A stretch of 64,000 nucleotides of DNA. Origin: the human T2T-CHM13v2.0 reference genome, Homo sapiens. Below the pieces are notes generated by a model. That model saw only the letters and a program-made list of their open reading frames with translations. It was not told the origin of the DNA and did not search any database. The stretch is taken from NCBI RefSeq assembly GCF_009914755.1, contig NC_060932.1; one strand, written 5' to 3'. Of the stretch, positions 38,366 through 51,234 are shown piece by piece. Within the stretch, counting starts at the first letter, position 1. Each line of letters starts with the position of its first letter. The translations under genes and the position numbers were made by a program.

Positions 38366-38692
38366 TTGTTCTCACACTGCTGATAAAGACATACCCGAGA
38401 CTGGGTAATTTGTAAAGTAAAAAGGTTTAATGGATTCACAGCTCCACATGGCTGGGGAGACCTCACAATCATGGCAGAAGATGAAGGAAGAGCAAAGGGA
38501 CATCTTACATGTCAGCAGGCAAGAGAGCTTGGGCAAGGGAACTCCCGCAGAAGATCTCATGAGATTTATTCACTTCAATGAGAACAGTATGGGGGAAACT
38601 GCCCCCATGATTCAATTATCTCCACCTGACCCCACCTTTGACAGATGGGGATTATTACCATATTTAGGTGGGGACACAGTCAAACCATATCA
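38366..38692 (-). mobile_element. THE1 MaLR solo LTR
   Basis: CTGCTGATAAAGACATACCCGAGACTGGG...GGGACACAGTCAAACCATATCA. Confidence 0.9.
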
Positions 38693-39549
38693 ACATCCTT
38701 TTGTCTTTTAAAACTGTTTTTGCTTAAAAGTCTATTTTATCTAAGAATAGCACCTCCTGCTTGCCTTTAGTTTCTATTTGTCTGGAATGTCTTTTCCACC
38801 CCTTTGCCTTGAATCTATAAGAATCTTTACATGTTAGGTGAGTCTCTAGAAGACAGCAGATGTTTGGTTTGTGATTTTTTTTTATCCATTCTGCAAATCT
38901 GTGTCTTCTAAGTGGTGTATTTAGACCATTTATATTCAACATTAATATTGAGATGTGAGATACTGTTCCAGTCATGCTGATTGTCACAAAGATACTTTGT
39001 ATTCTTCATTGTGTTACTGTTTTATAGGTCCTATGCATTGTATGCTTTCAAGAGGTCCTATTCTGGTGTATATTGACATTTTGTTTTAAGATGTACAACT
39101 CCTTTTAGCATTTCTTCTAGGGCTGATCTAGTAGTAACAAATTCCCTTAGCATTTGGTTGTCTGAAAAAGACTTTACTTATCCTTCATTTATAAAACTTA
39201 GTTTTGCTGGCTATGAAATTCTTGGCAGAGTTATTCTTTATAAAGAGACTAAAGATGAATGTCAACACTTCTTGTTTGCAAGGTTTCTGCTGAGAAAGTT
39301 AAACTTTTTAGTCATTAAATATCAATTTTAATAATTATATAATTTTGATTATTTTAGTGCCCCCTTTTCTCACTCAACATTATTTCAGTTTGAGCAATAA
39401 GTTGTATGGTCATGCAATAGTATGATCACAAAAAACACACCAATAATGAAAGTTTAAAAGACCAAACTCACATATTTTAGAATATTGAAAAAAAATGAGA
39501 GTCCCCTTTTTTACAAAATTGCAGTATACATGTATACACAAAGAGAGGA

Positions 39550-39638
39550 TATATAGATGGATAGATAAATAAACATGTATGTCTTGATAGATGATAGACT
39601 GATAGATTTAGATGATGAATTGATAGACTGATAGATCA

Positions 39639-39682
<44 letters not shown>

Positions 39683-39700
39683 ACAACAATAGATATATGA
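39550..39700. repeat. (GATA)n tetranucleotide microsatellite with degenerate flanks
   Basis: Perfect ATAG run at about 39638-39681. Confidence 0.95.
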
Positions 39701-40595
39701 GATGAGGCATACTTTACTTTCCCATGGAAATATAAACCAACCTATTTAAACAGAGACTCTATCCAGTAAGTTTGGGTTATTTGTTTGCTTGTTTACTTAT
39801 TTTAACTCAGACTATTCTATTGCAGATTCAACACCCTCTTTACTCTTGTATTTTGTGGCCTGTAAATATGCTTAGATCAAAGAAGAAATTTCTCTGAAGT
39901 TTCTATATGTGAGAAGGCACTTCAGCTTGTTAGAAATAAAGCTCATGTAAAATTATCAATAAAGTGTTAAATGAGGATGTAATAATTGATGATTTATAGG
40001 TGATAATCATATGAGTACACAGGGAAGAACAGAATGTAAAATATCAGAAATAATTCAATAGGTCCAGAGCATAGGCTTTGTGTGTCATTTGATATAAAGC
40101 AATAATTATTGATTGTGCTAACATAATAACCTATAAATCATCAATTATTAATAGACAAATCACAATATTTACCTGAATTTCAGTGTAGACTATGAGTTCT
40201 CAAATATTTCCTATATCTTTATGAATGGACAATTTTCAGTATGCCACAGTTAGTGTTGCTATAGTCCTTCATAAGACAGTCAGTGAAAAATGTTCAAAGT
40301 GTAGAGTTGTCTGCAGATGAAGACAGCATAAGGTGTATTTTTATGTTTATGTTTTTTTTTTCTCATTCAGCATTAACAGAGACTAGACCCTTACATTACT
40401 CTGGCAGGTTCATTGTAAATATTTTAAGCTTGGAATATGTTTTGAAGTAAAATTTTCTACATCAGAATTAATTTTTATACTTAAGTCCTCATGAAAATCT
40501 TATATGCAATTTTTCGCTGTCTTTACATGTCATCTTTTTCTCTTAAATTCAATACATGTTAACATTTTATAAATCCCGTTGTTGTTGTTTTCCAG

Positions 40596-40661
40596 ATAAA
40601 AAATCTTTCAAAACTATTACCCCAATATCTGGAAATATACATTATAGTGGAAAAAGCTTTG
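40596..40661 (+). CDS. ADAM18: ADAM18 exon (inferred exon 7), start of metalloprotease-like domain
   Basis: ttttccag|ATA...GCTTTG|gtaagt; 66 nt, phase 0-0; IKNLSKLLPQYLEIYIIVEKAL. Confidence 0.94.
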
Positions 40662-40719
40662 GTAAGTATGCTTTCAAGAGGTCTTTCAAGAAGGAACTAA
40701 GTATGCTTTCAAGAAAGAA

Positions 40720-40945
40720 CTTTCTTTCTTGCATTCCTGTCTTCTTCCTTTTCTCTCTTCCTCCTTCTTTCCCTTCCTCCATTGTCTCCTTATTTTCTCC
40801 CTCTCCTCTCTTTTCCTCCCCTCCCCTCTGTCTTCCCTTTCCTTCCTCTACCCCTCCTTCACTCACTCCCTTTGTTTTCCTCCCTCCCTCCCTTCTTTCC
40901 TTGCTTCCTTCCTTCCTCTTTCTTTCACTCTTTCTTTCTTTTTAT
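40720..40945. repeat. CT-rich polypyrimidine low-complexity tract
   Basis: About 225 nt almost entirely C/T, starting about 60 nt after the exon-7 donor. Confidence 0.92.
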
Positions 40946-41699
40946 AACTTAGTGAAAGTTTTGTTTTAATTTTAAAGACATAATACAATTTTCTTAATAT
41001 TTTAAAATAAAAGATATTTTATTTTAGGGGTGTTAGATAAATCAACATTTGTGACCTTTTACAACCAATTATGAGTAACAGCCCAAACTAGCCTAGAATG
41101 CCCTACACTATCGCTTCCTCCACTCCAGCTCAGTCAGTATCTCTTTGACTTTAACTCCTAATGGGCCATCCTTTCTCTTAATCTGCTCCATCCTTTCTGG
41201 TCACATTGTTTTATTGAATGCATATTTTTACCATCTTATAAAGCATATTCACTTGATATTTTCTCTTTTGCAAAGTTTTCAACTAATTCAGTTTGTTGCC
41301 TTAATGTCATTTTAAAACCTTTATTGCTAACAAAAATTTCACTTCAATAATAGTAGTGTTTATATTTTTTGTTTATTATTCTTAAAATATGTTTCAGCAT
41401 AGTTTTTGAATAAATACACTTCTGGTTTTAAATGTATATTTATTTTTAAAATTAGTACTATTATATATTTACTAAATGCAAAACACAGACTAATCACTGG
41501 AAATTCTACTTTCAAGAATTCATATTTTAATGGAAAAGACAGATATGCAACCAAATAATTATGAGGCACTACGTACATTATGTATGTGTGTATATAAGTT
41601 ATATATATACTTATATATCTATATATATACTCACAAAGTAACAGGATAGAATTGAGAAAGATGTAGGAATTGTTAAGGAAAGTCTTCATAGAATAGATT

Positions 41700-44110
41700 T
41701 TTAGATGAATGACTAGCATTTAGCAGATAAATATAATACAATCAGGTAGATCCAAAAGTGTAAATTGTAGATTATACATTCTATAGCATCTAGGTTATTT
41801 TGTTAATATAATGTCTTTAAGATTTATTCACATTGTTGCCCATAACAGTAGTTTATTTCTTGTATACTAACGTGAAGAATACCACAATTTGGTGCTATTA
41901 TGAATAAAATTGTTATCACCAATCTTGCTCATGTCTTTTGGTAGACATAATTTCTTTTGGTATCTGCCTAGGAGTGAAATTGTTATATCATGGGATTGGT
42001 ATGTTACCTTTGGACAATATTGGTAAACAGTTGAAAAGTTATTATAGTAATTTCGTATTCTATCAGCATTGTATGAAAGGTCCAGGAATTCTGTATCATT
42101 ACAAACAATTACAATTGATAAACTTTTAAAAATCTTAGCCATTTTAGTGGATATATAGTGATATCATATGGTGGTTTTTAGGTGCATTTAACACATGATT
42201 GAGTTTGAGCATATTTTCATACCATTGTTTACTATTTGGATTTTTTGAAGAGTAAATGTATAAGTTTTTACCCATTTTAATAGTTTCCTTACTATTTTGT
42301 GGGGATTCCTTATATATTCCAAATATGAGGACTTTTTCAGATAGCTGTATTAAGGCTATTTTCTCGTAGTCTGTGGCTTAATTTTAAACTCATTTAATGA
42401 TGTCTTTTGATAGACATGCATTCTGAACCACAGTTAATTTAAGTCCAATTTATGTTTTCTTAATTTCCTTTTGTTTTTAAGAAATATTTTCTTATTCCAA
42501 GGACATAATTTTACTTTCTTCCATATCATTTTATGTATTTTTCTTTACCTTTTAAAATAAGTTTTATGGTATATTTTTAATTGAGCAATGTGTACGCTGT
42601 GAGGCAGGGTTCTCTTTTTTCCATATAGACATCCATTCGCTCCATCTCCACTTACGGAAAATGTCTCTTACTCCATTCAGTTGTGTTAGCAATTTTTAAA
42701 AATTATGTAGTATAATTGTGTGTGGCCTATTCCTTAGGTTGCTGTTCACTTCCATTGCCCTATTTCTGTTTTATTGAATCAATAATTCACTGTGTTCATT
42801 ACTGTAGCTTTATTGTTATATAATTTATTTGGTTTTGTCCTTTTTCTAATCTTAATTATTGCTTTGACTATTCTGGGCCCCTTTTATTTAAATCCATTTT
42901 GGAATCACCCTCTAAAATTTTCCAAAAATACTGTAATTTTGATTTTGGAATTACATTGAATGGTTAGCTCACTTTGGAAAGAATTGTGATCTTAACAATA
43001 TTGAGTCATCCAATCTCTGAATAAGGAGAACCCCCTCACATTCGTCTTTACATTTTTTGTTAATTCCTTTCGTCAGTGTTCTATGGTGTTCTTGAACATC
43101 TTTGTTAGTTTTATTGTTATGCATTTGATGATTTTGTGATGCCCTAGTAAATGGTATTCTTAATTTAACATTTAAGTATTTTTGCCCTGGTTTCTGAAAA
43201 CATAGTTGACACACAATTTATCTTATATCCTGTTATTTTTTGCATAATTTACTTGTTAATTCTTGTGTTTCATTTTTGGTAGATTTTTTAATGTTCTATG
43301 TACACAATCATATTATTTATGAATTTTAATTTTTTTAATTTCAAATTTTAATTTTTAATTTTTTTCTTTATCAATTTTTACTCCGTTTTGCATTTATGTA
43401 TACATGTATTTAGTAATTTACCTATTTATTTTACTTTTATTTCATTTTATTGTTTTATTGTCCTTGCTTGACTCTGCAGTACAATGTTAAATAGACTGAT
43501 GTGTATATTCCTAAATTTTCCCCTAACTTGCAGATTAACCATTCTTGCTAAGTTTCATGTTAGCTCTTAGTTTTTGGTAGGTGATCTTTATAATATTGGG
43601 AAGGCTCCCTTATATTCCCTGTTTTCCAAGATTTTTGTCATGGATAGCTGTTTTTCATCAAATTTTTTTTCTGCTCTTACAGAGATAATCAATGGATATA
43701 GAGAACCATACTTGTGTTTCTAAAATACACCCTACTTATCACATTTTAATCAATTTTTACAAGTAACCTGATCTTTTATTTAATATTTTGTTTTTGATTT
43801 TAGGATTTATGTTCATGAAATAATGGTATGCTATATTCCTTTCTTATAATGATTTTTCTTCTTGTTATCAAGATTATCCTAGCCTCATCAAATAAGTTAG
43901 TGAGTTTTCTTCTTCTTATAGTCTCTTCGAGAATTTAGATATTATGAGTATGACCCCTTCCACATATAGTTGGAAGAATTTACTCTGAAACCCTGTAGAC
44001 CTTAAGTTTTCTTTGAGGAAATATTTTAAAGTACACATTAAATTTCTTTACATATGATATACATAGGGAAGTTGAGATTTTCTTTAAACTTGTTTTACTT
44101 TCTACAAGTT
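41700..44110 (-). mobile_element. Old L1M remnant, approximate bounds
   Basis: Antisense ORF2-like phrases (CTTAACAATATTGAGTC..., GTAAATGGTATT...). Confidence 0.6.
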
Positions 44111-44114
44111 AGAT

Positions 44115-46479
44115 TGCTATGGTTTGAATGTGTCCCCTTCATAATTCATGTATTGAAACATAATGGCCAATGTTATGACTTTAAGGCATGAGGCAATTCT
44201 GTCATGAAAGCTCCTTCCCTCATGTATGGGATTAAGTCTCTTATAAAAGAGACTTCATGCAGCATTCTGTAGCTTGCCTTTCTGCTTTCCTCTCCACGAG
44301 GACATAGCAAAAAGGTCCTCACCAGACCTGTTTGTGGAGCCTTGATGTGAGACTTCTCAGCCTCTAGGACTATGAACAATAAATTTGTGTTCTTTACAAA
44401 CTACCCAATCTGTCATATTCTGTCATAGCAGCACAAATGGACCAAGACAGAAATTGGTATCAGGAGTGGGTGTTGCCATTGCAAATGCCTAAAAATGTGG
44501 AAATAGTTTTGGTACCTGGCAATGGGTTGAAGCGGGAGCTGTTTTGAAGCAAATAATGGAAAAAGCTTGTATTACTGCAAATGGAGAATGAAGGGTGATT
44601 CTGATGAGAGCTCATAAGAAGAGAAGTAGGGAAGTTGTGAATCTTTTTAGAGATTGGTGGTTATGAACAGTTTTTAGAAATTACTTAAGTGGTCATGAAC
44701 AGAATGCTGGTAGAAATATGGACAGTAAAGGCTGTTCTTATGAGAGCTCAGATGGAAGTGAGGTCCAAGGTATTGGAAATTGGGAGAAAGGCCACTCTTG
44801 TTAAAAAGTGGCCAATCACTTGGCTGAATTATGCCCATGCCATAGAACTTTATGGAAGTCAGAACTTAAGAATGATGAACTCAGATATTTGGCAAAAGAA
44901 ATCTCTAAACAGCAAGGTGTTCAGGATGCTGCATGGCTTTTCCTACTTATTTATAGTAAAATTTGAGACAAGATAAATGGTTTAAATATGGATTTTATAA
45001 TTAAAATGGAAGAAGAATGTAAAGATTTGAAAAACTCTCAGCCTTGCCCTGTAAAAAAAAAAAAAGGTGGGGGATGGGGGGTTGGGGGAAGTATGTATGG
45101 GAGAGAATAGCAAGAGTGTGTCAAGTGACCTTTAAAGAAAATTGTGTGGATAGAGCAAGTCAGCTGCTATTTATCAACACAAGAGCAGAATAACCCCAAA
45201 GACATTTTGGAGATCTTCAAGGCTGCCTTCCCATTACAAGCCCAGAGTGCTGGGGATTTGTAAGCAAGACAGGTTAAAGAGAGAAGCCAGAATGCTTATA
45301 GGACCTTGAGACTTGCACACCAGGGCCACCTCAGGTCTAAGATCCTTTCATCACAGCCAGGCACTTCTCTGCTGCCCTGGCTTTAGCTCAGCTGGGCCCA
45401 GGTACATCTCAGACTGTGGTTTCAAAGGGTGCAGACTGTGAACCTTGGCTGTGTCCACCTGGTGCTAACTCTCCAGGCTCACAGAGTGCAAGAGCTGTGG
45501 TGGCATGGCTACTTCCACCTATAAGTCAAAGGATGCCTCAGAGAGACCCCACTAAGGCAATGCCCAGTGGAGACATAGGTGCTGGGCCACCCACAACACC
45601 CCAGAACTATAGAGCCACCAGGAAGGAACACCTGGGAAAGCTGCATGCATGCATTTTCGATGTGTGAGAGCTGAAACATGGGCTGCACACAGCAAAGCTA
45701 TTAGGGTGGTGCCACTCAAAGCCTTTGGGGCTCAAATCCCACCCCAATGTGTCTCATGGGTGGGTCATGGAGTCAAAGAGGATCACTTGCAGGCCTTAAG
45801 ATTTAATATTGTTTGCTCTGTTGGGTTTTCATTGGCTTGGGACCTGCTATTCCCTTCTTCTTGACTCTTTCTTCTTTCTGAAATGGGAATGTCTGTTCTA
45901 TGTCTGTCCCACCATTGTATCTTGGAATCATATAACTTGTTCAATTTCATAGACTCACAGCTGGAAATGAATTTGCCCCAGAATAAATCTTGCCTTGAGT
46001 CTTACTCATATAATGTTTAGGTGAGATTTTGAAATTAGATTTTAAAGTTGATGATAGAACAAGTTAGGATTTTTTAGGACTATTTGGATGGGATGAAGGT
46101 ATTTTGTACGTGAGAATGACATGAATTTTGGGAAACTAGGGGTGGAATGTTAGGGTTTGAATATGTTCCTTCCAAAATTCAGGTATTAAAACTTAATGGC
46201 CAATGTGATGGTATTAAGGAATGGGACCATTTAGAGGTGATTAGTGCACAAGAACTTCTTCCCTTACAGATGAGATTAAGGCCCTTATAAAAGCACTGTG
46301 TAGCTTTCTCTTCTGCCTTCTGCCATGTGAGGATACAGCAAGAAGGCCCTCACCAGACCAGATGCTAGCAACTTGTTCTTGGACTTCTCCACTCCCAGAA
46401 ATGTGAGGAAATAGATTTCTCTTTTTTATAATACCCAGTCTGTGTTATTCTTTTGTAGCAGGGCAAATGGACTAAGGCA
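44115..46479 (+). mobile_element. Full-length MaLR (MSTC/MSTD-like): LTR 44115-44449, internal region, LTR 46148-46479
   Basis: Two homologous LTRs (TAATGGCCAATGT, CTTATAAAAG, AAGG.CCTCACCAGACC); internal region starts GAAATTGGTA; near-TSD TAGAT/TAGGT. Confidence 0.88.
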
Positions 46480-47224
46480 TAGGTTTTCAAGTAGATTTTT
46501 AAAATGATCTAAATTATCAAATTTCTTAGAATGAATTTGTAACACATTCTTTTATCTTTTAAAAATTGGTATATTTGTAGTATCAGCATTTCTAATGTTC
46601 ACTAATGATATTGGTGAGATATCCCTCTTTGCTCTTTAGCTGCATTTTATTATTTTAAACTTATTATTTTGAAAGAACTTTAGACTTACATGAAAGTTAA
46701 GAAACAGTAAAGATTCTTTTCACAACTTCTCCTAAGTTAACTTCTTATATAATCATAATATAGTAATCAAAACATAAAAGTTAATGTTTCTACATTATTA
46801 ACAACTATTATAAAATTTTTGACATTTTTCCCACAAGTGTCTTTTTCCTAATTCAGTCCTCAATTATAAGATCCTACATTCCATTGAGTTGACATGTTTC
46901 TTTTTTCTACTCCAATCTGTGGCATTACTATGATCTTTGTCTTTCATGTACCTTGGCACAATTGGAGAATACGTGCCAGTTATTTTCTAGAAATGTTTCT
47001 CAGTTTGGACTTGCCTGAGTTTTCTCGTGGTTACATTGAGAATCCGTTTTATGTTTGACAAGAATATCCAAAAAAGACCTTTTCTTGTTAAGCTGTTGTT
47101 AAAGCAGTGTTGGTTTCATAAAACTAATTACAATGTCTGCCCTTTTCCTACATTCTGAATGATTTTTGTACAAATGCCTTTACTTATTCTTTACTTATTA
47201 TTTAAATATCTGTAACCATTAAGT

Positions 47225-47508
47225 TTTTTTGTTTTTTTTTTTTTGAGAGAGAGAGAGAGAGAGAGGGCCTCACTCTCTCATGCAGCCTGGAGTGCAGTGA
47301 CAAAATCATAGCTCACCGCAATCTCGAACTTCTGGCCTCAACCAATTCTTCTGCCTCATCCTTCCAAGTAGCTGGGACTACAGGCATGCACCACAATGCC
47401 TGGATAATTTTTTTAAAATTTTTTAAAGAGATGAAGTCTCACCATGTTGTCCACGCCTCAGTCTCCCAAAGTGTTGGGGTTATAGGCGTGAGTCACTGCA
47501 CCTGTCCA
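47225..47508 (-). mobile_element. AluJ-like element with (GA)n in tail and a left-arm deletion
   Basis: CTGGAGTGCAGTGACAAAATCATAGCTCAC...GGCGTGAGTCACTGCACC. Confidence 0.88.
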
Positions 47509-47779
47509 ACAATTAACCCTTATATTTCTTTATTAACCTGATATTTTAATGGGAAGGTTTAAAATTACAGAATCCACTTTAATAGTTATATGATTATATA
47601 TTCTTTGAACTTTATCTTTGGCCATTTTGGCAAATGCCATTTTAAATAATATTTTCAAGTGTATTAAAATGTAATAAGTTATTGACATCAGTACTTTCAT
47701 ACTTTATTATCATCCTTTGATATTATAATCCTCTTTCATTCCTGATGTTGGCAATTTATATCTTCTCTCTAACCTTTTA

Positions 47780-48230
47780 TTCTTTTTAAAAGTATATATG
47801 TTTAAGATGTATACATCATAATGTTTTTATATACATAGTGTTACATTTTTATGGTAAAAGTACCTAAAATCTACTCTTTTAGCTAATTTTCAGTATATAA
47901 AACAATATTGTTAATTGTAGTTCTCGCTTTGTACATTAGGTCTCTAGACTTACTTATTCTACATAACCCAAACTTTGTATCCTATGAATGCCGTTTCCAC
48001 ATTTCTCCCCACACTCAGCCCTCTGCCCCTTGACAACCACCTTTTCACTTTGTTTCCATGTATTTGAATATATTTGTTTTGTTTTGTTTAGATACCACAT
48101 ATAAGTGAGATCATGTAGTATTTTCTTTTCTGTATCTGGCTTATTTCACTTAGCATAATGTCCTCCAGATTCATCCATGTTTTCACAAATGACAGGACAA
48201 CCATTTTCAAGGCTTAATAATATTTCCGCA
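47780..48230 (-). mobile_element. L1MA-like 3' end
   Basis: TGTACATTAGGTCTCTAGACTTA...ATAAGTGAGATCATG... Confidence 0.8.
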
Positions 48231-48294
48231 TGTGTGTATTATATATATATATACACATATATATATATATGTGTATATATATATGTATATACAT

Positions 48295-48460
48295 AATATA
48301 TAATCCATAAAATCTTGTCTCATATAAAATAGTGTAGAATTTGCTCAAATCTGCACACATTCTCCTATGTACTTTAAAACAGCTCTAGATTACTTATAAT
48401 ATCTAATACAATGCCTAAATATCATTTCATTCACATGGATTCAAAATAATACTTTCATGA
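48295..48460. mobile_element. MER2/MER2B-type (TcMar-Tigger) fragment
   Basis: TACTTTAAAACAGCTCTAGATTACTTATAATATCTAATACAATG matches the recalled MER2 core; CATTTCATTCACATGGATTCAA is MER2B-like. Confidence 0.7.
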
Positions 48461-48481
48461 AAAATAAAATTTCTTTTTCAG

Positions 48482-48553
48482 TATGATTATATGGGATCTG
48501 AAATGATGGCTGTAACACAAAAAATTGTCCAGGTTATTGGGCTTGTCAACACT
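48482..48553 (+). CDS. ADAM18: ADAM18 exon (inferred exon 8)
   Basis: tttttcag|TAT...AACACT|gtaagt; 72 nt, phase 0-0; YDYMGSEMMAVTQKIVQVIGLVNT. Confidence 0.94.
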
Positions 48554-48754
48554 GTAAGTTTTTACTTTTTCACATTTCCATTTTCATGAAAGTTTCTTTA
48601 ATATAATTTGGGTTCTATCTTGGCCAATGAATAACTTAAATACTTTTTATTAGTTTAATACTGAAAATACTGGAACATGTTGTTTATTTTTTAATGTACC
48701 TTTTAAATGTAATAACTTGTTTCTTTAAAAATGTACAATACATCTTATTTTTAG

Positions 48755-48921
48755 ATGTTTACCCAGTTCAAATTGACTGTTATACTGTCTTCCTTGGAAT
48801 TGTGGTCAAATGAAAACCAGATTTCCACCAGTGGGGATGCTGATGATATATTACAAAGATTTTTGGCATGGAAACGGGACTATCTCATCCTACGGCCCCA
48901 TGACATAGCATACTTACTTGT
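48755..48921 (+). CDS. ADAM18: ADAM18 exon (inferred exon 9)
   Basis: tttttag|ATG...CTTGT|gtaagc; 167 nt; [55 protein letters not shown](V), with reprolysin LExW and HDxAxL motifs. Confidence 0.96.
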
Positions 48922-49682
48922 GTAAGCACAATGTTCTACATTAATAAAGATATCTGCATAATTATTTTAAATTGGTAATTTAGTGAATTTATTGCGTTCT
49001 TCAGTTTTTTGTAAGCCCCTTTGAAAGTGTTTAAAAATTAGTAGCCTTTGTCATAGAGGTGCTAGTGTACTTAAAAATATAATAAAAGTAACAATAATCA
49101 GTTTTGTATTAGAATAGTTTGGAGTGTAAGTATTATTTCAAAAACCTGCATTTCATGAACTTCTGTAATGTTGACTTTGCTACAGAAAACATATAATCCT
49201 TAGTTTATGAATGATGTAAAAACGGAGACTATTCAGTTAAAATTATTCATGATAAATTAATACATTTCATGTCTACTTTTTACTAGGAGGGATTTGGGTT
49301 TTTTTTAATATTTAATATTTAAAAATGCTTATCTTTAGGACTAGTAAGATTGCTTCTTCCACAAATTAAAAATTATTTTCTCTTTAACTTTTGATAACCA
49401 AACTAAGTTGAATTTGAGCTAATAAAATTATATCCATTTTAGGAGATATACAAGGAAATTACATTGGTATTAAAGTGAATTGATTAAAGTCAATGATTTT
49501 AGTATTTAGATTTAGTATTTAGTATTTAGTATTTTGTAATGTTTATTAGATATTACCTAGTTTGAAGCTTTATATATTTGCAAAGTCATTTTTAAAATTT
49601 TATGTGAAGAAGGTTTAATTTAATACATAAGCTTACAAATTGTTTTGCATAACTACGTTAATAAAAAATTATAATAATGTAG

Positions 49683-49764
49683 TTACAGGAAACATCCTAA
49701 ATATGTGGGAGCAACATTTCCTGGCACCGTATGCAATAAAAGCTATGATGCAGGTATTGCTATG
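49683..49764 (+). CDS. ADAM18: ADAM18 exon (inferred exon 10)
   Basis: aatgtag|T TAC...GCTATG|gtatgt; 82 nt; YRKHPKYVGATFPGTVCNKSYDAGIAM; phase matches exons 9 and 11; acceptor is atypical. Confidence 0.92.
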
Positions 49765-51234
49765 GTATGTAATTTTTATTCTTCTTTACATCACTATTTT
49801 TAGGCCTTATATTATATTTTGTAAGTATTAATTTAAGTAGTTAAATAGTGTAAAACCATTTGATCTTTTTCTGTATATGTATATTCATTATTATTTTATT
49901 AGGACAAAATTAATAGAATCTCAGAAAGTTTATTTATTTATAAAGTTCAAACACAAAGAATATTATGTGAACAAACCTTAGTGTAATCACTCACCAACTG
50001 GTCATAATGGACACGAACATTTGCTTTAGATTTTTAAATAAACAAAGCATTAGAGCAATGTTAAAGCCTCCTGCACATTTCCTCCAAGTTCAATAAATAG
50101 CAAAAATCATGAATTTGTGCTTGCAATTTTACACATACTTTATGCTATTTTAATAAATATATGAATGCATAAATAATATATATTGTTTTTAGATATTGAA
50201 AATTTGTATATTGATAAAACTGTTTCCTGCAAAATTTACAACCCTTAAATCATCTTTCTCAATTAGAAAATTTCTTCTTTGTAACCATATAACTCCATGT
50301 TAATTTCTTTTCAAAGAAAAGTTTTGTTGAAGTACAAAATATAGTATATAGATAAAATTCCACAAGTCAAAGTTTATAGCACAATTAATTTTTATCGAGT
50401 TTATGCATAGGTATAAACACCACAAAGATCAAAAAATAGAATATTATCAACACTTCAGAAGGTACTTGTGAATCATGCGTCCTCCCACCTATTACCCATA
50501 CCAAAGGAAACCACTATCCAATTGCCTTTGTTTAATTTTACTTCTTTTTGAAGTTTATGTAAGCAGAACACAGTGTGTATTCTTCCCTGCTCTATTTTGC
50601 TCAATATTATGTCTATAGCAATCATTTATGTTCTTATGAGTAGGAATAGTTTGTTCATTCTTTTACCATGTATTTCTTAAAAATACGCCCATGAAGTTTC
50701 CTGACTCTTTAAATGTGAGTATTATCTATTGACTTCCTATTATTGAAGTTAGAATGTAACATCTTAATAGTTCATCATATCCATATTTCGACTGCTTCAT
50801 TCCCCCTCTATAATTATATACCTCATTTGAATTGTGTCTTATTCCCTAATGAGCCAAGTAATGAACTAAGATTTTAATCTTAGTTCAATTGCCTTGATTG
50901 TGTGCCTTTTTGTTCTTCCTAAATTTAATAATTGCATTATATTGATTTGCACAACTATTTAATAAAATCATACATTGTTTCTAGTTTTCTCCTTGTTTCA
51001 GAAATTCGTCTTTCCTTTCTTGGAGACATTCTGGAGAAATTGTCTGTTTTACCAATCTATATTACACTTGATGCATAGACAGGGTTGGAGAATTTTCAGT
51101 CTGGTTTCCTTTGTATTATGTGTATCCCTCTTTCATATTTTGCTCATTTTGGTAGAAATGAGCTCCTATAATTTACTGACAAAGAAAAATGGGAAGTAAA
51201 TTGTGTGAAAGTTATATGATAGACAAAATTTTAA

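Noticed and set aside
49735-49740. AATAAA inside exon 10 (also in exon 12 at 59739-59744)
   Set aside because: Encodes Asn-Lys, expected by chance in AT-rich coding DNA, with no upstream stop to make a terminal exon
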